From Euryarchaeota archaeon UBA557 (lineage in GTDB: Archaea > Thermoplasmatota > Poseidoniia > Poseidoniales > Thalassarchaeaceae), in contig DARI01000002.1 of NCBI GenBank assembly GCA_002503285.1, positions 150,424 to 214,423 on the forward strand: a DNA stretch of 64,000 nt. The letters run 5' to 3'. The notes below the pieces were generated by a model, which saw only the letters and a program-made list of their open reading frames with translations, searched no databases and was not told where the DNA came from. Positions 28,958 to 39,044 of this stretch are shown piece after piece (within the stretch, counting starts at the first letter, position 1; the number at the start of each line of letters is the position of its first letter). The position numbers and the translations under genes are program-made.

Positions 28958-30322
28958 CTATTCCCTGACAAATTTAGGATTTTCTCCCACTAAATCTGAT
29001 GACCATTTTTTGGCAATATATTCCTTTTCACGATTAATTGAAAGTAGATAATGTAATTTTACTAGCGCCGAACCAGGAGGGCAAAGAGAATCATGCCCCA
29101 AAATTCCCATCTCTTGTTGTTTTCTTCCTTTGGAATAAATATTCATATTAATTGGTCCATTAATGGTTTGAGCCACTATTACTATTATGCCACCATCAAG
29201 ACAATAATCTTCAATTACGGACTTTAGTCGAGTATTTTCAATACTATCATTTTCAGGATTTGATATTGGTAGATGGCCCAATCCAGTTCCATGTAACAAT
29301 AAAGCATCAAAATTTAGTTTGATAGCTGCTTCAATTAATTCTGATTGTATGTGGGGGCCTGAAATAAATTCTGCAATTCTGATATTTTCATTAAATATTT
29401 TTGGATTCTGGGATTCAAATCTAGATTCAAGCGGCTCATAATCTCCCATGATAATTGTTATTTCTTTCTTCTGAATTGTAATATTTGCAATAGGTTTTTG
29501 ATTAATAGATTTAAATGCGTCACGCCTAGATGAATGATATTTTCTACTTGCACAACCAGGCAAAACTACACAATTACCATCAGAAGAGCTTGCATGAAGG
29601 ATTATTACTGAAGAGTCACGATATCCCGATGGTTTTGGGCCGTTTGCAGCCCACATCACTGAAGCAATAATATTCTCTGATGCATCTGAAGATCCCCTAT
29701 CAGGAGATCTTTGAGAGCCAGTTAGTACAATTCTCCCTGGAGGTTTACATCCTTCTCCCCCCCATCCGTATGCCATTGCAGCAGCGGATAGATGAAGAGT
29801 ATCTGTACCATGAGTTATTACAACTCCTGATGCCCCTTCTGAAAATGCTTTTTCGGTCGCCTTTAGCATCATATTCCAGTGCCTCGGACGGATATCATCA
29901 GACCACATATTACCCAATTTTAAAACTTTAATCCTGGCTATATTTTCTAATTCGGGCATTGCATTAATTAAATCAATTGGTTCAAAACTTGCAGATACTG
30001 CACCTGTCTTATAATCCACCTTACTTGCAATAGTTCCTCCGGTATGGATTAAATATACTAGGGGGAGAGATTTGTCAGCATCATATTTTAAGTTATTAAT
30101 TGGACTATTTTTTAAAGATTCAGAAATTATTTCAAAATTAGAAATATAGGTCATTGGAAATGATATGTTATAACCATTTAATAGTTTAATAGTTAATAAA
30201 TCTAAATCTGATGATGGCAATAATATTCCTGTATGAGTATCTTCACCTGACCATGTTTTGACAAAAATTTTTATCGAAGTACCTGGTTCCGGTAACTCAT
30301 CCATTGATACTGGGTAAGGCAT
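28958..30322 (-). CDS. gatD: Glu-tRNA(Gln) amidotransferase subunit D
   Basis: N-terminal KLLNGYNI, HTGGTIASKVDYKTGAV, HGTDT, GSQRSPDRGSSD, KYHSSRRDAF. Confidence 0.95.
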   Translation of the reverse strand: MPYPVSMDELPEPGTSIKIFVKTWSGEDTHTGILLPSSDLDLLTIKLLNGYNISFPMTYISNFEIISESLKNSPINNLKYDADKSLPLVYLIHTGGTIASKVDYKTGAVSASFEPIDLINAMPELENIARIKVLKLGNMWSDDIRPRHWNMMLKATEKAFSEGASGVVITHGTDTLHLSAAAMAYGWGGEGCKPPGRIVLTGSQRSPDRGSSDASENIIASVMWAANGPKPSGYRDSSVIILHASSSDGNCVVLPGCASRKYHSSRRDAFKSINQKPIANITIQKKEITIIMGDYEPLESRFESQNPKIFNENIRIAEFISGPHIQSELIEAAIKLNFDALLLHGTGLGHLPISNPENDSIENTRLKSVIEDYCLDGGIIVIVAQTINGPINMNIYSKGRKQQEMGILGHDSLCPPGSALVKLHYLLSINREKEYIAKKWSSDLVGENPKFVRE

Positions 30323-30395
30323 CTACTCCATGAACAAAACCCAAGATAATTATTAATACCACATATATTTCTATTTTATATGTGGCATAAAATTA

Positions 30396-30548
30396 TGGTG
30401 CCGGGAGCGGGACTTGAACCCGCGACCTTCGGATGTCTCAGACATTCTCAGGGGCTGTGTTACGCTCATCGTTAGTTTCATTGAAGATAGAATCTCCAAT
30501 AAAAAATACCCTATGAGTCCGACGCGCTACCAACTACGCCACCCCGGC
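30396..30548 (-). tRNA. tRNA-Met(CAT), elongator type, with 77-nt intron at 37/38 (30435-30511); CCA encoded
   Basis: Exons GCCGGGGTGGCGTAGTTGGTAGCGCGTCGGACTCATA (37 nt) and ATCCGAAGGTCGCGGGTTCAAGTCCCGCTCCCGGCACCA (39 nt). CTCA/TGAG helix with two 3-nt bulges forms a bulge-helix-bulge. Confidence 0.95.
30435..30511 (-). ncRNA. Candidate box C/D guide RNA inside the tRNA-Met intron
   Basis: Order TGGAGA (weak C) - 11 nt - ATGA (D') - short spacer - ACGATGA (C') - 14 nt - CTGA (D), closed by a terminal stem. Confidence 0.4.
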
Positions 30549-30663
30549 GATATACCTCCGAATCAAAAACACCATTTGAGCATTGCCACAAAATCAAATT
30601 AATAGATTACAATATTCATCATAGGGTTGATGTGGGAGTTAGTCTCGCATTAGTTTGGGACGC

Positions 30664-31599
30664 ATGGTAGATATTGACTCAGCCCTTAGGGCCAGCGCTT
30701 ACTCAGGGAAAAAAAATAGAAATACCGGCGATGATAATAAAGATGTACCTAAAAAGGGTTTAGAACCGTTTGACCCAAAAGTACATGCAAAAAAAGAAGT
30801 AGCTGATGCTTATTCTATGTGGCTAGTAATAATATACGGATTCCTAATTGCACTTTTTATGCGTTATATATTTATGCCCACTCAAGAATCAATGGAAGGG
30901 ATTTTATGGCTTTTACCCGTTATGCTAACTGCAACTATACCTTCCATACATAAAATTATAATTCCTAAAAATTACAGTGAGCTTTACACAAGGGGTAATT
31001 GGTTCAGAGGAGGATTTCTATTTCTTTTTTCATGGTTAGCTCTTTCATTTATATTGCTTAATCCACCTATGGCAGATATTGCTGCCCCTACTATTGCATC
31101 AGGAATAGATATTCAAGACAATAATGATACTGCAATCATAGGGCACTCATGGGATGGAGACGTATTTGAAATAAATCTTAAAGAAAATACCGCAGAAATT
31201 ATTTTAGGGATGTCAGTTAGAGACAATGTTGATGCTGAAAATGCCATAATACGAATAGAAATTAATCATAGCACATTATCGGAATCTATAATTCTTGCTA
31301 ATGGATCTGTAATTAATCAGCAACAAGCAATTGAAAGATTTGATAATGTTGACAAATGGTTAAGGGGAGAAGATAAAAATATTGAAAAAGAATTTACTGG
31401 AAAACCGGATGTTGCACCCAATAGTAATGACATAGGATTAGCTTGGAATTTGGCTGAAGAATTAGATATTAATAACATTAATCTTGGAGAATATGAAATT
31501 AAAATACATCTGAGTGAAATAGGTAAAGATGTAAAGCCATTTGATGAGAATATATGGGAAAGAGCATATACATTGAAAATAATTAGGACCGAAAGTTGA
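30664..31599 (+). CDS. Hypothetical membrane protein (3 TM plus extracellular beta-rich domain)
   Basis: Three hydrophobic segments ending in LLNPP, followed by D..APTI and an acidic domain. Confidence 0.7.
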   Translation: MVDIDSALRASAYSGKKNRNTGDDNKDVPKKGLEPFDPKVHAKKEVADAYSMWLVIIYGFLIALFMRYIFMPTQESMEGILWLLPVMLTATIPSIHKIIIPKNYSELYTRGNWFRGGFLFLFSWLALSFILLNPPMADIAAPTIASGIDIQDNNDTAIIGHSWDGDVFEINLKENTAEIILGMSVRDNVDAENAIIRIEINHSTLSESIILANGSVINQQQAIERFDNVDKWLRGEDKNIEKEFTGKPDVAPNSNDIGLAWNLAEELDINNINLGEYEIKIHLSEIGKDVKPFDENIWERAYTLKIIRTES

Positions 31600-31603
31600 A
31601 TAC

Positions 31604-32560
31604 TTAGATATTTAATATTGCACATATCTTTGCAGTCATGGCATCAAGTTGAAGAGATTCGCCGCCGCCTTCAACCATCCTAAAGTCAGTCTCCGCCATA
31701 ATTTCAGTAATACTTAATTTTTGTAATTCGTCAAGAAATTTTACCATACTTAATTCTCTATGTAATTGATTCACAAAATCTGTACCGGCTAATCCAAAAT
31801 TGTTTAAAATTTCTTTCAAACGCCTTCTTGCTGGTTGAAAACCATCTTCTTTACAGGCTAGAAAATAACGATGTAATGACTCAGGAGGTGCTGTGGCCGT
31901 GGTCTCATAAACTAAATCCCTTGTTACGTTTGAATCCAAAGACGCTGCAACTTGCAATGATGTTATTGCCTTCCTAAGGTCTCCAAGACTAACTTGTGCG
32001 ATAGCCTTTGCTGCTTCATGCTCTATCATAATATTTTCATTTTTAGCCACAATTGATATTCTCTCCAATATTTGTTCATTTTCTAATGGCCTAAATCTAA
32101 AAACAGCGCATCTAGACTGAATTGGTTCAATTATCTTAGAAGAATAATTACAGGATAGGATAAATCTGCATGTTTCAGAATTTTGTTCCATTATCCTTCG
32201 TAATGCACCTTGTGCATCGGGAGTTAGTGCATCTGCTTCATCTAGAAAAATTACCTTAAATGACGTTCCCGGACTTGGTGCAGTTCTAGCAAATTGTTTC
32301 ACCTTTGTACGTATTGACTCTAGCTTACGCTCATCACTTGCATTCATTTCTAAAATATTTCTTCTAAATTCTTTTCCAAATACATCTCTAGTTAGAGCCA
32401 ATGCGGCCGTAGTCTTACCAGTTCCAGGTGGTCCGGCGAAAAGTAAATGAGGGAATGATTTATTATTTGCGTATGCACTAAGTCTTGCTACAACTGCTTG
32501 CTGACCTTTTATTTCAGATACTGTTTTTGGACGATATCTTTCAACCCATAATTCACTCAT
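31604..32560 (-). CDS. rfcS: Replication factor C small subunit
   Basis: WVERYRP, GPPGTGKT, NASDER, LDEAD, SRC; no intein. Confidence 0.97.
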   Translation of the reverse strand: MSELWVERYRPKTVSEIKGQQAVVARLSAYANNKSFPHLLFAGPPGTGKTTAALALTRDVFGKEFRRNILEMNASDERKLESIRTKVKQFARTAPSPGTSFKVIFLDEADALTPDAQGALRRIMEQNSETCRFILSCNYSSKIIEPIQSRCAVFRFRPLENEQILERISIVAKNENIMIEHEAAKAIAQVSLGDLRKAITSLQVAASLDSNVTRDLVYETTATAPPESLHRYFLACKEDGFQPARRRLKEILNNFGLAGTDFVNQLHRELSMVKFLDELQKLSITEIMAETDFRMVEGGGESLQLDAMTAKICAILNI

Positions 32561-32586
32561 ATCTAATCTACTCCTGGAAATTTATC

Positions 32587-33402
32587 TCAATATTTTTCAT
32601 CTTCATTTGGAAATTCAGAACTCCTAACATCTACAATATATTGCTTGACTGCTAGATCGATGATCTCGCCTAAATTTGCATATCTTCTTAAAAATCTTGG
32701 ACTAAAATCTTTTGTCATCCCAAGCATATCATGTAATACTAATACTTGCCCATCACAGTCCGGTCCTGCACCTATTCCAATAGTTGGAATAGATAATGAC
32801 TTGGTCACCTTCTTGGCTAATTCTGCAGGTATCTTTTCGAAAACTATTGAAAAGCACCCTGCATTTTCTAATGCTATAGCATCATCTAATAGTTTCGTTG
32901 CTTCCAAATCTTCTTTTGCCCTTACAGTATAAGTACCAAATTTATAAATAGACTGAGGAGTTAATCCAAGGTGCCCCATAACTGGTATTCCGGCAGTCAT
33001 TATTCTCTTTATTGAGTCGATTACTTCGATTCCACCTTCTAATTTAACGGCATGCCCCCCAGTTTCTTTCATTATTCTTATTGCAGAGTCTAGAGCAGTT
33101 TTTGAGTCTCCCTGATATGAACCAAACGGCATATCGACAACAACTAATGCTCTATCTACAGCCTTTTCAACACATTGGGCATGATATATCATGTGATCTA
33201 ATGTTATTGGAACAGTCGTATCATTTCCCGCCATTACATTAGAGGCAGAATCCCCAACAAGAATTACATCTATTCCAGCGCCGTCGACCAACTTTGCCAA
33301 GGAATAATCATAAGAGGTGAGCATAGTGATTTTCTCACCCTCATGCTTCATCTCTTGCAGGGTGTGTGTTGTTACTTTCTTAGCGCGGCTCGCGATTGTC
33401 AT
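32587..33402 (-). CDS. panB: 3-methyl-2-oxobutanoate hydroxymethyltransferase
   Basis: [37 protein letters not shown]. Start placed at ATG 33402. Confidence 0.96.
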   Translation of the reverse strand: MTIASRAKKVTTHTLQEMKHEGEKITMLTSYDYSLAKLVDGAGIDVILVGDSASNVMAGNDTTVPITLDHMIYHAQCVEKAVDRALVVVDMPFGSYQGDSKTALDSAIRIMKETGGHAVKLEGGIEVIDSIKRIMTAGIPVMGHLGLTPQSIYKFGTYTVRAKEDLEATKLLDDAIALENAGCFSIVFEKIPAELAKKVTKSLSIPTIGIGAGPDCDGQVLVLHDMLGMTKDFSPRFLRRYANLGEIIDLAVKQYIVDVRSSEFPNEDEKY

Positions 33403-33465
33403 ATGCTTACTCCGATTCGGGGGGAGAGGATTGATGACTTCAACTAAGCGATATGGCGACATATC

Positions 33466-35124
33466 CTAAAATACAGTTTCTTCGACATAAATTAAAAATT
33501 CATCAATTTCTAAAATTCCATCTTCATTCTCATCAGCTGCATGAAAATATTCTCTCAATGCATCGTGGCCATCTCCTGAAAAACCAAGAGATTCCATCGC
33601 TGATATAAATTCATGTAGATTTAAATGATTATTACGCTCTGTATCCGCTGCATGAAATGCAGCCCATCTTCGTCGATGTTCAACTTCATCAGGATTTGTT
33701 AACTGAAGACGAAATGTACTCCATGGAGTAATTGAACTGTGGGCATACTTTTTCCCATATGATTGGTATATTATAACTCCGATTATAGATGCTGCTAGGC
33801 CACCAACGACTGCCTTCATCCCCATAGCATAAATCAATACTAGACCTCCTAAAATCCCAAAAATCTGTAAGAAAGGGAATAATGGGGATTTCCATTCTGG
33901 CTCATACCAATGAGATTTTGCAGAAGTTCTCAAAACTAGAACACACGCATTAATTGCAATGAAAACCATTATGTTAAATCCAGATGCGAGTTCTGCTACA
34001 TCATGAACAGGCAAGTACATAATTGCAGCAGCCATTGAAATTCCTGTTCCGACTATAGCCCAATGTGGTGTATCAAATCTAGAATGAACATTTTCAAATA
34101 AAGTAGGTAATAGATTATCTCTAGCCATAGCAAAAAGGAACCTAGATGCAGCCATTATTCCGGCAAGAGCGCCGGAAAGAACAGTGATAGCTGCGAAAGT
34201 AGCTGCTATTGTTGCAATTGTCTTACCGCCTACACCCAACGCAAAAACATATATCGGATCTTCCCTAGCATGCCCGCTTTCTACATAACTCATAGGATCA
34301 ACTGTAATAGCCATAGTCAGAGTGACGAAAACATACAGAAAAATACTGAAAAACAAGGAAATTAGGATTCCTTTTGGCATATTTTGACTTGGATTCTTGA
34401 TTTCACCGCCAACTGCTGCAAGCTTTGTGACACCTATGTATGATACAAAAACCAGAGCGGCAGTTGATGAGAAACTATTCCAATCGGCTCCAAATGCATC
34501 TCTTGACAATGCTGCATCCCAATTCAATTCCGTAGTTGCCAAGGCCCAAAAACAAAGAAATATTAGGTATGTTACTGAAACTAAAACTACTGGTGTTTGG
34601 ACTTTCTTAATACTTTTAGCACCTAAAATATTGACTCCTACTATAAGGGCCAACATAATCATGACCGCATAATCAAGATTTATTGAGATCTCAAGAATAC
34701 CTTCCAAAACCCATAAATAAGCTCTGAAACCAATAAGTGCAAAGGCTGATTTAAGCATAAAATTTGCCCATAATCCTAAACCAGATATTGTTCCTATTAT
34801 TGGACCAAAGGTTTTCTCGATATACACATAAGCTCCACCTGAGGATGGCATTGCTGAAGCTAATTCTGATTTTGATATCGCACCCGGAAGAATAACTAAA
34901 CCCGCAAATAAATATGCCAACCATATACCCCCTAAAGGTGAATCTCCACCTCCAAGTTCCATCATAGCTAAAGAAGGAAGTACGAATAAACCGCTACCTA
35001 ACATTGCAGATAATGAAAGGATAACTACTGAAAATAACCCTAACTTTCTCTCTAAAGTCTCTGAAACCATTTCAAGAGGTTGGAGAACGATTCCCATAAC
35101 CTCTTTTGGAGATAGCCTATCCAT
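33466..35124 (-). CDS. APC-superfamily amino acid permease with C-terminal EF-hand pair
   Basis: MLGSGLF, ELASAMPSSGG.Y, EIKNP, SRFLFAMARD; loops DTERNNHLNLHEF and DENEDGILEIDEF. Confidence 0.9.
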   Translation of the reverse strand: MDRLSPKEVMGIVLQPLEMVSETLERKLGLFSVVILSLSAMLGSGLFVLPSLAMMELGGGDSPLGGIWLAYLFAGLVILPGAISKSELASAMPSSGGAYVYIEKTFGPIIGTISGLGLWANFMLKSAFALIGFRAYLWVLEGILEISINLDYAVMIMLALIVGVNILGAKSIKKVQTPVVLVSVTYLIFLCFWALATTELNWDAALSRDAFGADWNSFSSTAALVFVSYIGVTKLAAVGGEIKNPSQNMPKGILISLFFSIFLYVFVTLTMAITVDPMSYVESGHAREDPIYVFALGVGGKTIATIAATFAAITVLSGALAGIMAASRFLFAMARDNLLPTLFENVHSRFDTPHWAIVGTGISMAAAIMYLPVHDVAELASGFNIMVFIAINACVLVLRTSAKSHWYEPEWKSPLFPFLQIFGILGGLVLIYAMGMKAVVGGLAASIIGVIIYQSYGKKYAHSSITPWSTFRLQLTNPDEVEHRRRWAAFHAADTERNNHLNLHEFISAMESLGFSGDGHDALREYFHAADENEDGILEIDEFLIYVEETVF

Positions 35125-35206
35125 GACATTTGCGGCTCAAACATTACTGTTCAAGGTTTGGCCTTCCCAATTCTTAATGTTCAACTGCCGTTCAGGTCAA
35201 AATAAG

Positions 35207-36229
35207 ATGAAGTTGATTACCTGTATTATGACTCTGATTATGATGACTGGTTCAATGAGTGGTTGCCTTTCTATGGGTGAAGATTTGAAAGAAAGAAATG
35301 AAGATGATTTGGTACCTCTAAGAATAAATCACATCCAAGTAAAAGGAACTCATAATTCATACCATTTAGAACCTTTAGGGCCTACAATAAGGGCATATGA
35401 GTATTCGCATCAGCCATTGAATTTACAGGCGGAAGAACAAGGTGTAAGGCAATTTGAAATAGATGTTTGGTGGGATGCACGAGGGCAGCTGTATGTCTAT
35501 CATAATCAGTATGATTTACGAACAACTTGTGTAACATTAGAAGACTGTCTGAAAATACTTCTGAATTGGTCGAATGAAAACTCAGAACATGTTCCATTTA
35601 TGATTTGGATAGAGCCAAAGGAATGGGTCGAACAAAGTACAGATAATACAGTCATAATGGAACTGCAGAATCTATTAGACAGTATTGAACAAGAAATAAT
35701 AGAATTTTGGCCAAGGAACAAAACAATCACTCCTGATGATGTCAGGAAGGATTCTGAAACACTCTCTCAGGCAATAATAGAAAATGGCTGGCCATTATTA
35801 GATGATTCAAGAGGTAAGGCGATGTTTATTCTTTTATCAAGTGGAGAATTAAGAGAGAGTTATCATGAAAAATTCTCAGGACTAAATGAGGCAAGAATGT
35901 TCACAATGTCAGAAGTAGGTAGTTCGGAAGCAGCAATATTTTCAAATACAGATCCTGTAGGCAATAGTGATGAAATTATAGCATTGGTTAAAGAGGGTTT
36001 TATCGTCAGATCAAGAGCAGATAATGCAGAAAATGGAGAAGCAGATAATAATGATAGTAGTCGTCTAAACGCAGCAATCGCAGTCGGTGCACATTCTATT
36101 TCTACAGATTATCCAGCTAAGGTTCAAGGTATTGATTATTGGGTAGAAATACCTAATGGAAATCCAGTAGCTTGCAACCCTATATCAGCACCAATTGGAT
36201 GTACATCTGAAAGAATAGAATCATTATGA
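35207..36229 (+). CDS. Ca-dependent phosphoinositide-specific phospholipase C-like lipoprotein
   Basis: Signal peptide with lipobox MSGC; HIQVKGTHNSYH, GVRQFEIDV, WIEPK, GWP.L...RGK, ISTDYP, CNP. Confidence 0.82.
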   Translation: MKLITCIMTLIMMTGSMSGCLSMGEDLKERNEDDLVPLRINHIQVKGTHNSYHLEPLGPTIRAYEYSHQPLNLQAEEQGVRQFEIDVWWDARGQLYVYHNQYDLRTTCVTLEDCLKILLNWSNENSEHVPFMIWIEPKEWVEQSTDNTVIMELQNLLDSIEQEIIEFWPRNKTITPDDVRKDSETLSQAIIENGWPLLDDSRGKAMFILLSSGELRESYHEKFSGLNEARMFTMSEVGSSEAAIFSNTDPVGNSDEIIALVKEGFIVRSRADNAENGEADNNDSSRLNAAIAVGAHSISTDYPAKVQGIDYWVEIPNGNPVACNPISAPIGCTSERIESL

Positions 36230-36237
36230 AGGGGGAA

Positions 36238-36708
36238 TTAAATTTTAGCTATTACTTTCAACTCGACAGCAATTGGGGTTGGCAGTGCTAAAACTGAACA
36301 AGTCGTACGTGAAGGCATTATTTTCGAAAAATATTCAGAATATATTTCATTGTATCCTTCAAAATCGCGTTCCATATCAATTAGCATTGAGTAAACATCA
36401 ACAACTTTTGACAAATTTGAACCATATTCTTCCAAAATAATACTAATATTTTCGATAACTGACCTTGTTTGTTCACGTATATCATATTCTAAAGAATTAC
36501 CATCTTTATCTCTAATCGCACCTCCTATTATCTCATTAGTGAGAGGAGATCTTGGACCTATTCCGCTAACAAAAATTAGGTCTCCAGACTTGTAGAGGTG
36601 TGGATATGCTCCTACAGCAGATGGCCCTTTAGTGGCAATAAATGGGCCATCATCATGAAATAATTCTCCAATTATGCCTTTATCATCTGTTTGATTATTG
36701 TCGTTCAT
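36238..36708 (-). CDS. RidA-family protein, 2-aminomuconate deaminase-like
   Basis: VGAYPH, FVSGIGPR, YNEIYSEYF, PSRTT, LPTPIAVELK; overlaps the dioxygenase gene by 4 nt. Confidence 0.85.
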   Translation of the reverse strand: MNDNNQTDDKGIIGELFHDDGPFIATKGPSAVGAYPHLYKSGDLIFVSGIGPRSPLTNEIIGGAIRDKDGNSLEYDIREQTRSVIENISIILEEYGSNLSKVVDVYSMLIDMERDFEGYNEIYSEYFSKIMPSRTTCSVLALPTPIAVELKVIAKI

Positions 36709-37631
36709 AATGCGCCCTGCCCTAAGACGTTACGATCTCCTTGATAATATTCAACATCATCTTCATCAAATTCTTTATCCCCTACAGAACCATCTGACGG
36801 CGTTAGTTGAATAATTGCTCCTCCGGAGCCGTGTAAGGCTTCGTAGGCGAGAATTTCTCCATCATAATTATTATGTTGGCCCATTGTTGCTGCCATCCAC
36901 CATACTGGCTTATAGGCGGCTACTTTTTGTATTCTTATTTGGCCATGAATGTCCCTAGACAATTGACTAAGATCTTCTAGTCTACCGTCCTTGAAGAATT
37001 CCAGTATTTTCCTGTTCCACTCATCATCTTTAGGACTATGAATTCTATCTTCTGATGGATTGATATGTTCAGTAAACATTCTGTTTGAAAGGCTAGCAAC
37101 CACTACTACTACTGCCTTTTTTCCCTGAGTTGAAAGGGCATCATTCGCAGCCTTTCCTAGAACTATAGTCTCTGATCTATTAGAATACATATTACTTGAA
37201 ATTATACATGCTGGAATTTTATTATCTGGATTTAAAAGAGATAATGCGACTATTGAACCAGTATCTATAGGAAATCCATCATAAGCCACTGTTCTTGAAT
37301 GCAGGCCACGTTTCTTTGCGGCTTCCATGTATTCATTAGAGAAATCTGAATCGATTTTAAATTTGTAGGGCATACTACCTAAAAAATGAAAATCATCATC
37401 AACATGGGTCCATTCCGGCTCCGGATGTGCCTGAATTTGATGACCGACTATACTTGGCCATGTAGTAGAATAAACTAATATTATATCTGCACCACTTTCT
37501 TCAATCCGAGTTTTAAGAGTATCATATGCTGAACGTAAATTACCATATCCTTGATTTAATTCAGGAGCAAGTAGTGGTTGGGGGTGTGGCGGGCAGTAAA
37601 TTCCAAATAATATGTTTGATTTAGTCGACAT
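36705..37631 (-). CDS. LigB-type extradiol dioxygenase, 2-aminophenol 1,6-dioxygenase alpha (non-catalytic) subunit-like
   Basis: PQPLLAPE, YSTTW, GFPIDTG, SLSNR, DDEWNR; lacks the His/Glu iron ligands found in its neighbour. Confidence 0.8.
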   Translation of the reverse strand: MSTKSNILFGIYCPPHPQPLLAPELNQGYGNLRSAYDTLKTRIEESGADIILVYSTTWPSIVGHQIQAHPEPEWTHVDDDFHFLGSMPYKFKIDSDFSNEYMEAAKKRGLHSRTVAYDGFPIDTGSIVALSLLNPDNKIPACIISSNMYSNRSETIVLGKAANDALSTQGKKAVVVVVASLSNRMFTEHINPSEDRIHSPKDDEWNRKILEFFKDGRLEDLSQLSRDIHGQIRIQKVAAYKPVWWMAATMGQHNNYDGEILAYEALHGSGGAIIQLTPSDGSVGDKEFDEDDVEYYQGDRNVLGQGAL

Positions 37632-37640
37632 TTTAAAACC

Positions 37641-38546
37641 TCAAAGAACTATTTCCCTGGTTTCTGAATTAGGATCCCATGCAACAATTGCATTTCCAGT
37701 CCCAATGACTGATTGGTACCCATAAATTTCGGCAGGATATTGTGGGAAATTCATAGCAGCCATCATCCAAGTAAGGCCACCCGCTTCTGTTTCTGCAATA
37801 GTCTGTTCAGTATATTCTGGCATGATATCAACAACTTCACGCATTTTTCCATCCCTCATCATGCCGACCATCTTCATATCCCAAACATATTGACTATGAT
37901 TATAGATATGCTCCCTACTCATATCTTCAGGTAGCGGTGATTCGGTCACAAAATGCCTGTGAGATAGGCTATGACTACTTACTAATACTACTTTTTTACC
38001 GCTCTCTTCGATTGCCTTTAGGCATGCTTCACCAAGCGCCGTTGCTTGTTCATTCATTACTTCTCCTGAATAGTAATGAGCATTTCTATTACTACTTATT
38101 GTAACTATTGGCTTATCCCAATCTGGATTTAGCATATGACAACTAGTAATGGTACCATAATCTATCCTAAAATCCGGGTTACGCATCATTTTTGTAATTA
38201 TTCCTGAATCAGAGGCTGATTTTTCCATAGCCTCTGCTAATTCGACATCGACAGTTAAATCATATTTATATCTAAAAATATTAGGAAAAATTGGATCAAC
38301 AGATAATGAGTTGAATTTAGGTAATCCTAAAAAATGAGTCCCAATATAAGTGGCCCAATGAGGGGTGAAAATAACCATTACATCATAATCAATATTTTTT
38401 AATTTTCTTGCTAGCTTGTTGTAGCCCCATCTCAGAGTCTCCCAACCTCCCTCTGAAAATGGTTCATTTTGTTCTGGATTTTCTGCATATACCAGATGAG
38501 GAGGGTGCGGTGCTAAACATCCAAGAACTATTCGGCCTTTCTCCAT
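37641..38546 (-). CDS. LigB-type extradiol dioxygenase, 2-aminophenol 1,6-dioxygenase beta (catalytic) subunit-like
   Basis: APHPPHLVYAENPEQNEP..EGGWE.LRWGY, TPHW, FRIDYGTIT, SHSLSHRHF, YQSVIGTGNA. Confidence 0.88.
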   Translation of the reverse strand: MEKGRIVLGCLAPHPPHLVYAENPEQNEPFSEGGWETLRWGYNKLARKLKNIDYDVMVIFTPHWATYIGTHFLGLPKFNSLSVDPIFPNIFRYKYDLTVDVELAEAMEKSASDSGIITKMMRNPDFRIDYGTITSCHMLNPDWDKPIVTISSNRNAHYYSGEVMNEQATALGEACLKAIEESGKKVVLVSSHSLSHRHFVTESPLPEDMSREHIYNHSQYVWDMKMVGMMRDGKMREVVDIMPEYTEQTIAETEAGGLTWMMAAMNFPQYPAEIYGYQSVIGTGNAIVAWDPNSETREIVL

Positions 38547-38630
38547 ACGCGGATGTTACAACCTACGTATATGAATTAATCGGCAGATGAGTTTCATAGT
38601 ATTCATTGACTAGAAGCCTTTCCTAAGAAC

Positions 38631-39044
38631 ATGAAGTGGGAGCGAGCACCATTGGGAATAATCATTTTACCCTTTATTATAGGATTCATTATTTCATGTA
38701 TTTCAGGATATTTTGATCCCACTACAGTAAGTATTCAATTAGTAACTTTGATAATATTGTCCTTAACATTATATTTTTTTCCCATTAAGGTAGAAAATTA
38801 TAATCAATTAGTAGCAGGAAGTGTTGTATCAGTGATAATAGGAATTTTTCCGACTTTGATTTTTTTCCCATGGTGCATAATAGTATGGATGTTTTGGTTT
38901 TCTCAAAATTTGTATGTTTGGAATTATAATATGCCACCTTTTAGAATTGGCGTTTGGATAGGAATGGGTGCATCGAGCGGCGTATTTTTTGGTGCGTTTT
39001 TCTCTTGGTACTTGTTGTCTAATTTTTATGCCTATTTTGATTAA
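38631..39044 (+). CDS. Small hypothetical multi-pass membrane protein
   Basis: 137 aa, almost entirely hydrophobic, PPFRIG motif. Confidence 0.65.
   Translation: MKWERAPLGIIILPFIIGFIISCISGYFDPTTVSIQLVTLIILSLTLYFFPIKVENYNQLVAGSVVSVIIGIFPTLIFFPWCIIVWMFWFSQNLYVWNYNMPPFRIGVWIGMGASSGVFFGAFFSWYLLSNFYAYFD

Noticed and set aside
30414..30602. 62-aa ORF on the plus strand
   Set aside because: Antisense to the intron-containing tRNA-Met; no protein features.
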